Source of the DNA: an uncultured bacterium
GTDB lineage: Bacteria > CSSED10-310 > CAZUFC01
NCBI GenBank assembly: GCA_964619725.1
Contig: CAZUFC010000033.1
Span: 5,276-66,705, forward strand
DNA length: 61,430 nt
Direction: 5' to 3'
In this document: one piece after another, positions 10,055 to 20,503 of the stretch
Layout of the letters: every line of letters starts with the position of its first letter
Numbering within the stretch: the stretch's first letter is position 1
Notes under the pieces: generated by a model
Seen by the model: the letters and a program-made list of their open reading frames with translations, nothing else
What the model was told of the DNA's origin: nothing
Databases searched by the model: none
Made by a program: the position numbers and the translations under genes

Positions 10055-11536
10055 CTACATTCCGAGAGAATTAAGCGCAAGATTGACCCCTTCGCTCAGG
10101 ACGTCCGCAGCGGGACGCAACCAAATTTCAATGACGAAGGGGAACGCCAGTCCGAAAAGGATACAGATAAAAGCCAGCAATAAAGTCGAAAAGGACATCC
10201 AGAAGGGGCATTCTTTCACGTCTTTCCATTTTTCATTAAGTTTTCCGAAAAAAGCGCCTCTTTGCAGAATAAGGTAGTACCAGAGAGTAATGACGCTGCC
10301 GATGACTGCGAGCAGAGCGAAGCTGTAAAATTTAGCCTGTACGAGAGCTATAATGATGATGAGTTTGCTCCAGAAGCCGTTCAACGGCGGGACGCCTGCG
10401 ATGGACAAAGCCCCTACGGCGCTGGTACCCGCCGTGATGGGCATCCTTTTGGCCAGACCGCCCATTTCGTCCAAGTCCCTGGTTCCCGTAGCGGTTTGAA
10501 CAGCGCCTGAATTCAAAAACAGCAATGACTTGAACAGGGCATGATTCAAAAGATGAAACAGCCCGCCGAGTATTCCCAGAGGCGTACCGGCGCCGATTCC
10601 GAGCAGGATATAGCCGATCTGACTGATGGATGAATAGGCCAGCATCCTTTTCATATCTTTCTGACCGAGAGCCAGGAGCGCCCCGACGAATAGGGATATG
10701 ACGCCCAGATACATCAGCACGCTTCCATAGGCGTGGTTCATCCCGAAGATGTTGATGAATATGCGAGCGATGACGTATATTCCGGATACCTTGATCAGCA
10801 GTCCCGAAAGCATGGCCGATATGGACGCCGGAGCAGAAGGGTGAGCGTCAGGCAACCAGGCGTGGAAAGGAACTATGGCGGCTTTCAAGCCGAATCCCAT
10901 CAAAAATAAAGCGCTGCAGAACGCCATCATGTATTTCAGATCAAGCGATTGAAGTCCGGCCGTAACCGCAGCGAAACTCAAATCGTCGACCATCCCGAAA
11001 ATAAGCGTAATGCTTAATAAGATAAAGCTGGAGGCGACTACGGAAAGCATCAGGTATTTGAAGGAAGCTTCGAGTTCTTCATGTTTCAGTCCAAACGCGA
11101 CCAGGGCGTATGATGCTACTGCAGCCGTTTCCAGGAAGACATAAAGTCCGAACAGATCGGTTGTCAACACCAGTCCGTTCATACCCGCCACCATGATCAG
11201 AAACAGCGAATAATAATTATCTTTTCCGCCGTAATGCTTCATGTAATCAATGGAATACAGTCCCACAGCCAGGCTGATCAATGAAATCGTGAAAAGCATC
11301 AGAAGACTGAAACCGTCAACCATAAGCGTAATGTTCAACGGCGCGCTGAAAGTCAATTTCTGCACGAAAACGCCTCCCTCGCTTTTTACGATAGGAATAA
11401 AAATCACAGAATAGGCCAGGAGGTAGAGTAATCCCATATTAGCGACGAAATCCGGCAGTTTATTTCGGGAAATTTTACCCAGCAGAGGCATTAAACCCGC
11501 CAGCGCCAGAGGAACAAGAATAAAAAGAAATGTCAT
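10055..11536 (-). CDS. MrpD/NuoN-like antiporter-type subunit
   Basis: YVFLE, EASFKY, KAAIVPFHAWLPDAHPSAP, KRMLAYSSISQIGY. Confidence 0.92.
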   Translation of the reverse strand: MTFLFILVPLALAGLMPLLGKISRNKLPDFVANMGLLYLLAYSVIFIPIVKSEGGVFVQKLTFSAPLNITLMVDGFSLLMLFTISLISLAVGLYSIDYMKHYGGKDNYYSLFLIMVAGMNGLVLTTDLFGLYVFLETAAVASYALVAFGLKHEELEASFKYLMLSVVASSFILLSITLIFGMVDDLSFAAVTAGLQSLDLKYMMAFCSALFLMGFGLKAAIVPFHAWLPDAHPSAPASISAMLSGLLIKVSGIYVIARIFINIFGMNHAYGSVLMYLGVISLFVGALLALGQKDMKRMLAYSSISQIGYILLGIGAGTPLGILGGLFHLLNHALFKSLLFLNSGAVQTATGTRDLDEMGGLAKRMPITAGTSAVGALSIAGVPPLNGFWSKLIIIIALVQAKFYSFALLAVIGSVITLWYYLILQRGAFFGKLNEKWKDVKECPFWMSFSTLLLAFICILFGLAFPFVIEIWLRPAADVLSEGVNLALNSLGM

Positions 11537-13414
11537 TTATACCGCCTCCATCAAAAGGGAGCTTATGACCCAGATAATGATGAAAAGCCCGGCGATGCAC
11601 CAGGCCAGGTAATTTGCATAATGGCCGTTGTGTAAACCCCGCAGGACGTTAATGATAAAAAGTCCCGGTACGGTAACGACCTTTTCGTAAATGAAGTCGA
11701 TCGGCCGGTCGACAAATCGAAACAGAAAACGTGATAACCCCTTGATTACTTTGATTCCCTGGACGTATATATCAAATATCCCGGCCTCTGCCCAGTCGTA
11801 AACGGTTTTGAACAACGGAAGCGAATGGACAGGTTCGGAAGCCATATAAGGTTTTTTATTCTCTTTGTTGAAACCATAAATGTGCAGCGAAAAAGCCAGG
11901 GCCAGCGCCAGCAGCGAAAGCAGCGCCAGGGGGGCGAACAGGTCCAGAGCATGAGCGCTGAAATCGAGATGTTCGCCCGGTGCAATGTGACCGAACAGAA
12001 TGGGTTCGATGAAATATTTCAATGGCGCCTGGTTATAGACGCCGAAAAAGATGCAAAGCCCCGCCAGAATTAAAATGGGAATGTAAATTGCGCTTTTATT
12101 CTCTTTTACCTTCGCCAGTTCGGGATTCTTCGATCCGAAAAAGACGGAATGCCCCGCCTTGAGAAATGACGCGAATGTGAAAATGGCCCCTATCCAGGCG
12201 GCCAAGTAAAAAATAATATGACCGGTTTCGTAAGCGCCGTGAAAAACCATTTCCTTGGAGACGAACCCGTTAAGAGGCCAGACTCCGGAAATGGCCAGGG
12301 CGCAGACGACGAATCCAAAAGTCGTAATGGGCATCTGGCGGTACAGCCCGCCGAGTTTTCTCAAATCCGTAGTGCCGGTTTGATGCTCGACCGAGCCTGC
12401 GCTCAAAAATAATCCGCATTTATACATAGCGTGGTTGATCATGTGAAAAATGCCGCCGGCTATTCCTATGGGGATGGCTGTGCCTATACCCAGGATCATG
12501 TACCCGACCTGGCTGATGGCGTGGAAAGAGAGGAGTCTTTTGAAATCTTTCTGAATGAGGGCCATAAAGACGGCGAAGACGATTGTTGCGCCTCCTATGG
12601 TCATCAGAACGATGCATAACCCGCTGTTTACTTCCAGAACGAAAAAGTCCAGTGCGATCCTTGCGAGAAGATAAATCCCCAGAAGTTTTTCCAGCGAAGC
12701 CGGGATAAACGCCATGACCGTTACGGGGGCATCTGTGGCCGCATCCGGTATCCAGGTGTGAAAAGGCATTGCCCCGGCTTTGCCTATGGCCCCGATCATC
12801 ATCATAATGAATGCCAGTATGGCTAATCCGCTTTCCGGCGCCAACGATAGCTTCGACATGGTCAAACTGTCCGTCAAATGCCAGATGAGGACTATTCCCA
12901 TCATAAGGCAGAAATCACAGAAACCGTTGATAAGAAAAGTCTTGACCGCTGTTTTGTGAGCGTTTCGTCCTCCCAGCGTGATCAATCCGTAAAGAGTCAG
13001 CATAGAGCCTTCCCAGAAGAAAATAAGAAGGACGAGGTTGTCGGCCAGCACGGCCCCGGAAGCGAATGTTGCGGTTAAAAACAGGTATCCGAAATATTCC
13101 TTTATGCGGGGATGCCCGGCCATCTTTACGGTCGAATAAAGCGTTATCAAAAAAACGAATCCGGAAATACCCAGTAGAATGAAACTGCTGAAGTGATAAA
13201 GTCTCAGGTCGAAATCCATCCCCATCCCCAGCCATGAAGCGTTGAAAAACGTTTCCTGTCTTCCGAACAGGTAAAAAGCGATGTAAACGAGAAAAGCGGC
13301 CCCCAACAGGGAAACGGCATTCCTCGCAAGCTTCATTTTCCTGGGAAGAACGAAAGAAAAGACGGCTGGAATAATGGGGGTCAGAACAGGCAACAAAAGA
13401 TATTCAGGATTCAT
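11537..13414 (-). CDS. MrpA/NuoL-like antiporter-type subunit with C-terminal extension
   Basis: FFWE, KAGAMPFHTWIPDA, KRLLSFHAISQVGY, and a C-terminal helix region ending LHNGHYANY. Confidence 0.9.
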   Translation of the reverse strand: MNPEYLLLPVLTPIIPAVFSFVLPRKMKLARNAVSLLGAAFLVYIAFYLFGRQETFFNASWLGMGMDFDLRLYHFSSFILLGISGFVFLITLYSTVKMAGHPRIKEYFGYLFLTATFASGAVLADNLVLLIFFWEGSMLTLYGLITLGGRNAHKTAVKTFLINGFCDFCLMMGIVLIWHLTDSLTMSKLSLAPESGLAILAFIMMMIGAIGKAGAMPFHTWIPDAATDAPVTVMAFIPASLEKLLGIYLLARIALDFFVLEVNSGLCIVLMTIGGATIVFAVFMALIQKDFKRLLSFHAISQVGYMILGIGTAIPIGIAGGIFHMINHAMYKCGLFLSAGSVEHQTGTTDLRKLGGLYRQMPITTFGFVVCALAISGVWPLNGFVSKEMVFHGAYETGHIIFYLAAWIGAIFTFASFLKAGHSVFFGSKNPELAKVKENKSAIYIPILILAGLCIFFGVYNQAPLKYFIEPILFGHIAPGEHLDFSAHALDLFAPLALLSLLALALAFSLHIYGFNKENKKPYMASEPVHSLPLFKTVYDWAEAGIFDIYVQGIKVIKGLSRFLFRFVDRPIDFIYEKVVTVPGLFIINVLRGLHNGHYANYLAWCIAGLFIIIWVISSLLMEAV

Positions 13415-13419
13415 TTATT

Positions 13420-14847
13420 CTACCTCATGATTTGCATCGTTGCAATTTCAGCCAGTTTTGCGGGATAAACGACAAAAAAACCCATAATCAACGAAAGAAC
13501 GGCTAATGCGACCACGACGAAAAGCATGGAAGGCGTCTTCTCCGTTCCTTCCGTTTTCTTTTCGCCCAGAAAAACGGCCCGGAAAACCCGTAATAAATAA
13601 TAAATCGTCAACAAAGCGGTAAAAAGGGCCAATCCGGCCTCCCAAATGCGCCCCGCCTTGACGGTTCCCGCAATAACCATGAATTTGGAGAAGAAACCTC
13701 CCAGAGGCGGAAGACCTATTACTGAAAAAGCGCAAAGGATAAAAGCGATCGCAGTGAGCGGCATGTTTTTGATCAAACCGCCCAGTTCTCTTATGTCTTT
13801 TTTGTGAGTATTATGAATAACTATTCCGGCGCACAAAAAGAGACCGGCTTTACCCAATCCGTGCATCAGAATGAAAAGGATCGATCCGGCAATTCCCACA
13901 GGGTCCAAAACAGCGAAACCCAGGAATATGTAACCGATCTGACTGACTGTCGAATAAGCCAGTATTCGCTTGAAATCGTGTTCGACCGCAGCAGCGCCTG
14001 CAGCAATCAGACTGGATAATACCGCTAATATCGGAATAGCCGTATTCCATCCGTCGGGAAGCTCAAATGTGTAACAGAACAAACGAGCGTAAGCGTAAAC
14101 GCCGATTTTGACGAGAACTGCAGCGTGAAGCAGCGCGGTAACCGTAGTGGGTGCGACGCCGGCGTCAGGCAGCCACGTATGCAGAGGAACCGTCGCCGAT
14201 TTGGAAAACATTCCCAGAAGTATAAACAGAACCGCCGTCCCGGGTATCATTACGCCGCGCATCATGGTTATGTCGAATGTGCCGGTTTGGGCATAAATCT
14301 GGATGAAGCCGAAAAGCATTGCTACGGCGCCGAAAAAAGTGACAAGAAAAGCCTTGTCCGCCGCTATGACGAATTCCCGTTTTCGATAGAATCCGATCAA
14401 CCTCCAGCAGGCTATCGCCGCAATCTCCCAGAATAAATATATGAAAATAAGATTGGCCGAAAATACCAGACCCATCATCGAACCGATAAACAGCAGAACG
14501 ATCAGATAATACTCGTTCTGGTTCTCTTCATGCTGAATGTAACCCAGAGAATAAAACACGATTAATGCTCCCACTGCAGACGAAACCAGCGCTATGAAGA
14601 TCGAAAGAGCATCAATCGCCAATACGAAATCAAATCCCATAGCCAGCGGAATACGTATGATATCTTCGCCCTTCCCCCAGGCATAGGGCAACAGCAATGA
14701 AGAGAATAGAACCGGAGCGACTCCGATCAATACGGAAAAAACGGACCTTGCTTTCCGGGAAATAAGTCCGAAAAGCGGAATGATAAGTGAGCCGACAATC
14801 GGCACAAAAATCGTCAAATAGACCAGAATATCATTTGATTTCGTCAT
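13420..14847 (-). CDS. Mrp/NuoL-M-like antiporter-type subunit, first gene of the operon
   Basis: LFWE, KSATVPLHTWLPDA, KRILAYSTVSQIGY, PPLGGFFSK. Confidence 0.92.
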   Translation of the reverse strand: MTKSNDILVYLTIFVPIVGSLIIPLFGLISRKARSVFSVLIGVAPVLFSSLLLPYAWGKGEDIIRIPLAMGFDFVLAIDALSIFIALVSSAVGALIVFYSLGYIQHEENQNEYYLIVLLFIGSMMGLVFSANLIFIYLFWEIAAIACWRLIGFYRKREFVIAADKAFLVTFFGAVAMLFGFIQIYAQTGTFDITMMRGVMIPGTAVLFILLGMFSKSATVPLHTWLPDAGVAPTTVTALLHAAVLVKIGVYAYARLFCYTFELPDGWNTAIPILAVLSSLIAAGAAAVEHDFKRILAYSTVSQIGYIFLGFAVLDPVGIAGSILFILMHGLGKAGLFLCAGIVIHNTHKKDIRELGGLIKNMPLTAIAFILCAFSVIGLPPLGGFFSKFMVIAGTVKAGRIWEAGLALFTALLTIYYLLRVFRAVFLGEKKTEGTEKTPSMLFVVVALAVLSLIMGFFVVYPAKLAEIATMQIMR

Positions 14848-15328
14848 TTTTTTCTCTATCTAAGGCATTTTCGTTAAAAAATTTCATTTCCGGACTTCTT
14901 GAGAAAAATCCACAGGATTCGCTGTTCTGAATGCTGAGTCATTCAAAACGACGGCAGTATAATGAACGGCATGAGGAAAGTCAACAGGCATATTGTTATT
15001 TCCAGCAAATAATTTGAGAAAGCTGTAACGCTCAACTTATAACTGAAAGTTGATAATCAATCGTCAAAATATGAGAAACTCAAATCATTGGAAAAAGTTT
15101 TACATAATCACGCCCGTCCATGCAGCGAACGTCAGTTATCAGCAATCAGGGCCGGTAAACATATCGCTATCGAGCGTCAAACAAAGAGCCCGTGATAACC
15201 GGCTGCCTGTCTCAAAGAGAGTCCGAAACTGGGCATTGATCAAAAAAGCGTCAGCGCATCAACAGATTGTTAGACGTCCTGCAATGGCGTACAGGCGTAG
15301 CGAGTCTTTGACTTTTCTTGAGAGCGGT

Positions 15329-16570
15329 TTACAATTTCGAAGGTTGCGGAATATACGTCTCCTTTCCTTCCTCGTATTCAAAGCTAATGACGGGCGGATC
15401 GTCGACGGGGCAGACGAAAGAGCATATCATGCAACTGAAGCACTTATCGTCGTCCGGGATGGGTTTTCTTTTTTCTGCATCCCATCCAAGGCCGTGTGAT
15501 CCGGCATCCCGGCACACGATATAGCATTGACCGCATCCGATACATCTTTCAAGATCATATACGGCTTTACCCTGTCTGGAGAGGTCGAATTCTCCTGTTT
15601 CTTTGATTTTCGGAAGAGCCTTTCCGACCAGTTGCTCGACTCTGTCGATTCCTTTTTCTTCCATGAAATCCGATAGTCCTTCGCACATATCCTCGACCAC
15701 TCGATGACCGTATCGAATGACGCTGGTAGTCATCTGAACGACAGAAGCGCCGCAAACGATATATTCCAGGGCATCCAGCCAGGTCTCTACACCTCCGCAA
15801 CCGGCTATGGGCAGGCCCAGTTCCTTCTTCTGAGCCAGCTCGATCACGCTTTTCAATCCGATGGGTTTAATGGCGGGTCCCGAATAGCCGCTTATGGCGC
15901 CTGTGCCGTAGACGTTCAATTTAGGCGTAAAATTATCCACGTCAATGCCGGTAATGCCTCGAACCGTGTTAATAGCCGTTATGCCGTCCGCGCCGCCTTT
16001 TTTAGCGTAAATCGCCGGTTCGGTTATGTCTGTGACGTTGGAGGTCATCTTGGCTAAAATCGGTATCTCCACGGCATCGCTGACGATCTGAGTGAACTCC
16101 TCAAGCAATTGAAAAGCCTGTCCTACTTTCATGCCCGAACCTTCCACGGTCATGTGAGGACAGGAAAAATTGAGTTCCAGCATGTCGGAACCGGCATCTT
16201 CTGCGGCCACGCCGAGGTCGCGCCATTCCTGCTTGTTGAATCCCATGATACTGGCTATTACCGGGTGATCCGGGTAATGTTTCTTCAACCACTTAATGTC
16301 GATCAGATTGTCCTTCAAAGGTCTGTCGGTTATCTGTTCCACGTTTTGCAATCCGACTAGCTTCTTCGATCCGTAATCCAGTCCGCCCATCCGCGGAGAA
16401 GGATGGATTATTTTTATGTTATCCGCTCCGAGCGTCTTGAAAGCGACTCCGCCGAATCCCGCATCAAAAGCCCTGGCGATCATCTCCGCAGTATTGCTTA
16501 CGGGTGAGGACGAAAGAAGAAACGGAGTCGGGAATGTCTTGCCGCAAAATTGTATGCTTAAATCTTTCAT
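15329..16570 (-). CDS. preA: NAD-dependent dihydropyrimidine dehydrogenase subunit PreA
   Basis: GLQNVEQITDRP, ELNFSCPH, AINT, GYSGPAIKPI, and a C-terminal ferredoxin (CIGCGQCYIVC). Confidence 0.93.
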   Translation of the reverse strand: MKDLSIQFCGKTFPTPFLLSSSPVSNTAEMIARAFDAGFGGVAFKTLGADNIKIIHPSPRMGGLDYGSKKLVGLQNVEQITDRPLKDNLIDIKWLKKHYPDHPVIASIMGFNKQEWRDLGVAAEDAGSDMLELNFSCPHMTVEGSGMKVGQAFQLLEEFTQIVSDAVEIPILAKMTSNVTDITEPAIYAKKGGADGITAINTVRGITGIDVDNFTPKLNVYGTGAISGYSGPAIKPIGLKSVIELAQKKELGLPIAGCGGVETWLDALEYIVCGASVVQMTTSVIRYGHRVVEDMCEGLSDFMEEKGIDRVEQLVGKALPKIKETGEFDLSRQGKAVYDLERCIGCGQCYIVCRDAGSHGLGWDAEKRKPIPDDDKCFSCMICSFVCPVDDPPVISFEYEEGKETYIPQPSKL

Positions 16571-16594
16571 TTCAGGTGCCTTCCTTCCCCGTGA

Positions 16595-17941
16595 TTATTG
16601 CTTCCTTAAATAATTAACAATCGCTGCGGCTGCGGCTTTTCCGTCAGCCACCGCTTCAACCGCCAATGCCGGTCCCCTCACTACGTCTCCGCCGGCGTAT
16701 ATGCCTTCCACGGAAGTCGCCATGGTTTCCGGATTCACTTTTATAAGCCCGCTCTCGTCAAACCGGACTTCCGGCATCATCTCGGACAATATTCCTTCCG
16801 GCCCAGCGCCTATGGCCATGATAACGACGTCTGTCTTCAGCGAAAATTCAGTTCCTTCAACTTCCCGGGCATTAGAGGGCGACAAGTCGCCCGGCGTTTT
16901 CCATTCGGTCTCAACACCTTTCAAACCAGTCACCACGCCGTTCTTGCCCGTAATTTCTTTCACCATGGAATGAGGTTTTATCACTACAAAGTTGTCAATA
17001 GCCATCTGAAGATCATGTTTGTCCGCAGGCAACTCCTCCAGCCTCTCCAAAGCTATGCAATATACTCTGTCGGCCTGGAGCGCTTTGCAGGTGTTCGCAG
17101 TATCCATCGCAGTCGAACCGCCCCCGATTACCGCTACATTTTTACCGCTCACCAGTTCTCTCATTGAAGCATCGCCTTCCTTAACCCTTTTTAAAAATTC
17201 CATGGCCGTCATGACGTTGTTCAAATCCGAACCGGGAATGTTTAATCCAAACGGCTTCCATAAACCCGCGCCGATAAAAACTGCATCATAGTCTTCCCTC
17301 AACTCGTCAATCGCTCCCGGACCTTCTATTCGTTTTCCGCATTCTATCTTTACGCCTAAAGACAAAACGTCCGCCAATTCCCTGTCCAGTATCTCCTGAT
17401 TCAAGCGAAACGAAGGCACTCCATATCGCAATACGCCTCCTGGTTTCTCCGAAGCTTCAAAAATCGTAACCTCCATCCCCTCTTTCGCTAACTCCGCCGC
17501 AACGCTCAATCCCGCCGGTCCCGATCCCATGACGGCTATACGCTCTCCCTGACCGGTCTTCCTCCCCAGAGGATTAAAATTGATCTGACGGCCATATTCC
17601 ACCAGAAATCTCTGCAACCTGCCGATGTTTATCGGACGATCTATCTCCGTTGCAGCGCAAGCCTCCTCACACAAACGGTCCGTCGGACATATTATCCCGC
17701 ACACGCAACCCAGGATGTTGCTCTGCTTTATCGTCCTTACCGCTCCCTTGATGTTCTTCAACCTAAGTTTCCTGATGAAAGTTCCTGGATCGGTATCTGC
17801 AGGACAGGCCTCGCTGCAGGGCGCATCATAACAAAGCAGACAACGGTCCGCTTCCATGACCGCCTGACCCAATGAATAACCCGCCTCCATGTCGTCGACG
17901 CTCCGGATAAAATTCGTTCGCCTCTTCTTTTCCTGTTCCAT
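16595..17941 (-). CDS. preT: Dihydropyrimidine dehydrogenase subunit PreT (GltD-like flavoprotein)
   Basis: EADRCLLCYDAPCSEACP, GSGPAG, GGGSTAMD, GGDVVRG. Start reassigned to MEQEKK after AGGAGG. Confidence 0.9.
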   Translation of the reverse strand: MEQEKKRRTNFIRSVDDMEAGYSLGQAVMEADRCLLCYDAPCSEACPADTDPGTFIRKLRLKNIKGAVRTIKQSNILGCVCGIICPTDRLCEEACAATEIDRPINIGRLQRFLVEYGRQINFNPLGRKTGQGERIAVMGSGPAGLSVAAELAKEGMEVTIFEASEKPGGVLRYGVPSFRLNQEILDRELADVLSLGVKIECGKRIEGPGAIDELREDYDAVFIGAGLWKPFGLNIPGSDLNNVMTAMEFLKRVKEGDASMRELVSGKNVAVIGGGSTAMDTANTCKALQADRVYCIALERLEELPADKHDLQMAIDNFVVIKPHSMVKEITGKNGVVTGLKGVETEWKTPGDLSPSNAREVEGTEFSLKTDVVIMAIGAGPEGILSEMMPEVRFDESGLIKVNPETMATSVEGIYAGGDVVRGPALAVEAVADGKAAAAAIVNYLRKQ

Positions 17942-18383
17942 ACGTCCTCCTAGTTGCCTCTGTAAGTTTTTTTTCCTCATAAAAATATAATTGACAAGAG
18001 AAAGTATGTCAAAGTACCGGAAAAATCGGCGATGATCAATATACCCGGCTTTTGGGAAACGATTATAAAATTTCCGCGACCGCGGTTTCGCAAAAATCGA
18101 AACCCCTATTTGATTCTGTCGAAGGCTCTGATCCCGTCCGGTTCCATTCTTCCGTTTTCCCCCCTTCAACCCTACCCTCTTCCGAAGCCCGTCGCGTCTG
18201 TTGACAAGGAATGATTAGCTTTTTATCGTATGGGTGAAAGGGGCAAAAGATGGGTCATCAATGCTGGTTTTCCTTTCTCGACCTCATTGCTAAAGGATTA
18301 TATTCACTCTTCATAAACCCGTTAATTCTCCGACCTGGCTTCCTCAACCGTCTATCTGTCTTATCTGTGAATGATCACGGCAA

Positions 18384-19850
18384 ATGAACGACAATGTTAA
18401 AAATTACTCCCGTTTAATCGCCTGGTCGATTTCATTCGTTCTGCTTTTTGCATTCATCCTTCTGGAATGGGTGACTCTGGATACCCGCCATTACGATCCC
18501 GATGAATTTCAGCACATCCACATTATCTGGAAGATAACCAACGGCAAGGTCATGTACCGTGACTTCTTCGAGCATCACGGACCGCTTTTCCATCTCGCCG
18601 GCGCCGCCGTATGGCGTTTCGCTGCCCTCCCGAACGAAATGAGCTCCATCCTCTTCTTCAGAAAAATCAATTTCATCGGAACCCTCTTACTGCTGCTTCT
18701 GACCTTCCTCCTCGGCAAAAAACTTTGTTCCGCCTCTGCAGGACTCTATGCTTCGGTTTTACTCATAACCTATCGGATATTCTTCGACAAATCGATCGAA
18801 ATACGTCCTGATGTTTTCCAAAGCGTCTTCTGGCTGGCCGGAGTTTATTTTTTTCTGACAAAAGTCATTTCCAAAGGGAAAAACGGTTTCATTACCGGCC
18901 TGCTTATGGGCGCGGCTTTAGCCATGAACATAAAAGCGGGAATTCATATCGTTATGGCTCTGTCAGCCTACGCTTACGTTTACAAGGGTCAAATAAACCG
19001 TAAATCACTGACGCATGCCGCAGCGGGCATATTCACAGTCTTCATTGCCGTTGCGTTCTATTTCCTGTTGAAAAACAGTTTGGGAGACTTTTTATACTAT
19101 TACGCCGCATACAATTTTTATCTTTACTTCATTAAAGCAAGCATCGATGAAAGAGTTTTTGTGATACTTCTGCCGCTGGTGTTTTCAACCTATTCCTTCT
19201 GGATACTTAGCGTCATAGGGCTTTCTCAGTTCTACCGCAAAAATGAAAAAAGACTCACCTTTTTCGTCTATCTATCGATCCTGACGTCCATGACAGCATT
19301 GATGCGCATCTGGAGTCAGTGGTATCTGATGTTTCTGCCTCTTCTCGCTGTTGCGGCGGGGCATGCCTTCTCCAGGCTGCTGATCGACGTAAAGAAGAAC
19401 GCCGCACTTCTTGCAGCCCTGCTTTTCGTTTTCATCATTCAAACCTGCTCATCTTACTCATCATTTCTCGATGGAACTTATCCGACGAACAAAAGGCAGA
19501 CGGCGCTGACTGAATATGTAATGAAAATAACACAGCCCGACGAGAAAATTTTCTTTACCTGGAATGCGCTGGGCGGATACATGTTCCGTCCGCAACTCTC
19601 CTACTACTGGTACAGGACTAATATCTTCAAATCATCTAAAATCGCCCGGCGGTACGGTTACGGAGATGAAATCCTAAACGGCGGCGCTTCCGTCATCGTA
19701 TCCCGAAAAAACGAAATGGATGTATTGTCGGATGAAACCAGGAGATATATTCATAAACATTACATCGAACACGGCTCCTTTCCCGGATTATGGATATACA
19801 GCGATAAATGGAGGAAATTGAAGGGGACGGCCGCACGCAGGCGACTATGA
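18384..19850 (+). CDS. GT39/ArnT-like polytopic glycosyltransferase
   Basis: DPDEFQH, YRDFFEHHGPL, EIRPD and many transmembrane segments. Confidence 0.75.
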   Translation: MNDNVKNYSRLIAWSISFVLLFAFILLEWVTLDTRHYDPDEFQHIHIIWKITNGKVMYRDFFEHHGPLFHLAGAAVWRFAALPNEMSSILFFRKINFIGTLLLLLLTFLLGKKLCSASAGLYASVLLITYRIFFDKSIEIRPDVFQSVFWLAGVYFFLTKVISKGKNGFITGLLMGAALAMNIKAGIHIVMALSAYAYVYKGQINRKSLTHAAAGIFTVFIAVAFYFLLKNSLGDFLYYYAAYNFYLYFIKASIDERVFVILLPLVFSTYSFWILSVIGLSQFYRKNEKRLTFFVYLSILTSMTALMRIWSQWYLMFLPLLAVAAGHAFSRLLIDVKKNAALLAALLFVFIIQTCSSYSSFLDGTYPTNKRQTALTEYVMKITQPDEKIFFTWNALGGYMFRPQLSYYWYRTNIFKSSKIARRYGYGDEILNGGASVIVSRKNEMDVLSDETRRYIHKHYIEHGSFPGLWIYSDKWRKLKGTAARRRL

Positions 19851-20473
19851 TGCCGAAAAGCATTTCCGAAATCTCAGCCCTCTGTTCTGAAACAGGCGTC
19901 GGGCTCGTCTTGAAAAACGAGAACGGGAAATTCATTTTCGGAATAGCTGGAACGCGAGAGCGGTGTTCGCCGGGAGAATTGTTCTATGGAGGCATAGGAG
20001 GACGCAAAAAAGAGGAGGAAACCTGGGTCGAATGTGCTCACCGGGAAGCCAGTGAAGAAGCAGGGACAGCAATAGAACTGATTTCCGCTTCAGAATTCTT
20101 GATCGTTGACCGCTGTTTGCGAATAGCCCCGGCAAAAATCAACGATACTCCTAAACCCCTGGCCTTTTACGAAATGGCGTTTCCCGCTTCCCATCCCAGG
20201 TACGGAATCACTTATGGAATAATAATTTATCAAGCTATTATGAAGGAAAAACCCAGGATTACATCAGAGTGCGAATACAGGGCGTTTATTGCTCTTACCC
20301 CACAACAGGTCATAAAGGGAATAAAACTCAAACGTTCAGTGGAACGACTTCTTTCCGAAGGCGCTGAACTGCCTGCGGCTGCGCCTTCCCTGGACCTTAA
20401 AACAAAAATATACCCCACAGGCACAGCCGCAGCATTGGCCGCTATTTTGTCACGAAAAAGAACCTGTTTTTGA
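19847..20473 (+). CDS. NUDIX hydrolase
   Basis: GGRKKEEETWVECAHREASEEAG Nudix box. The ATG overlaps the upstream stop. Confidence 0.85.
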   Translation: MMPKSISEISALCSETGVGLVLKNENGKFIFGIAGTRERCSPGELFYGGIGGRKKEEETWVECAHREASEEAGTAIELISASEFLIVDRCLRIAPAKINDTPKPLAFYEMAFPASHPRYGITYGIIIYQAIMKEKPRITSECEYRAFIALTPQQVIKGIKLKRSVERLLSEGAELPAAAPSLDLKTKIYPTGTAAALAAILSRKRTCF

Positions 20474-20503
20474 TGCTTCTTTAAAGAAAGGCATAGATGA
20501 ATT

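Noticed and set aside
5374-14847. Annotation as NADH dehydrogenase I (nuo)
   Set aside because: The NuoD-like subunit has both NiFe CxxC motifs, a maturation protease is present, and there are no nuoEFG genes.
15110-15310. Loose similarity to 39700-39830 (ccgaa.c.gggcatt), and ORF 15050..15499
   Set aside because: Only short scattered matches; no recognisable riboswitch; the ORF overlaps preA antisense and has no motifs.
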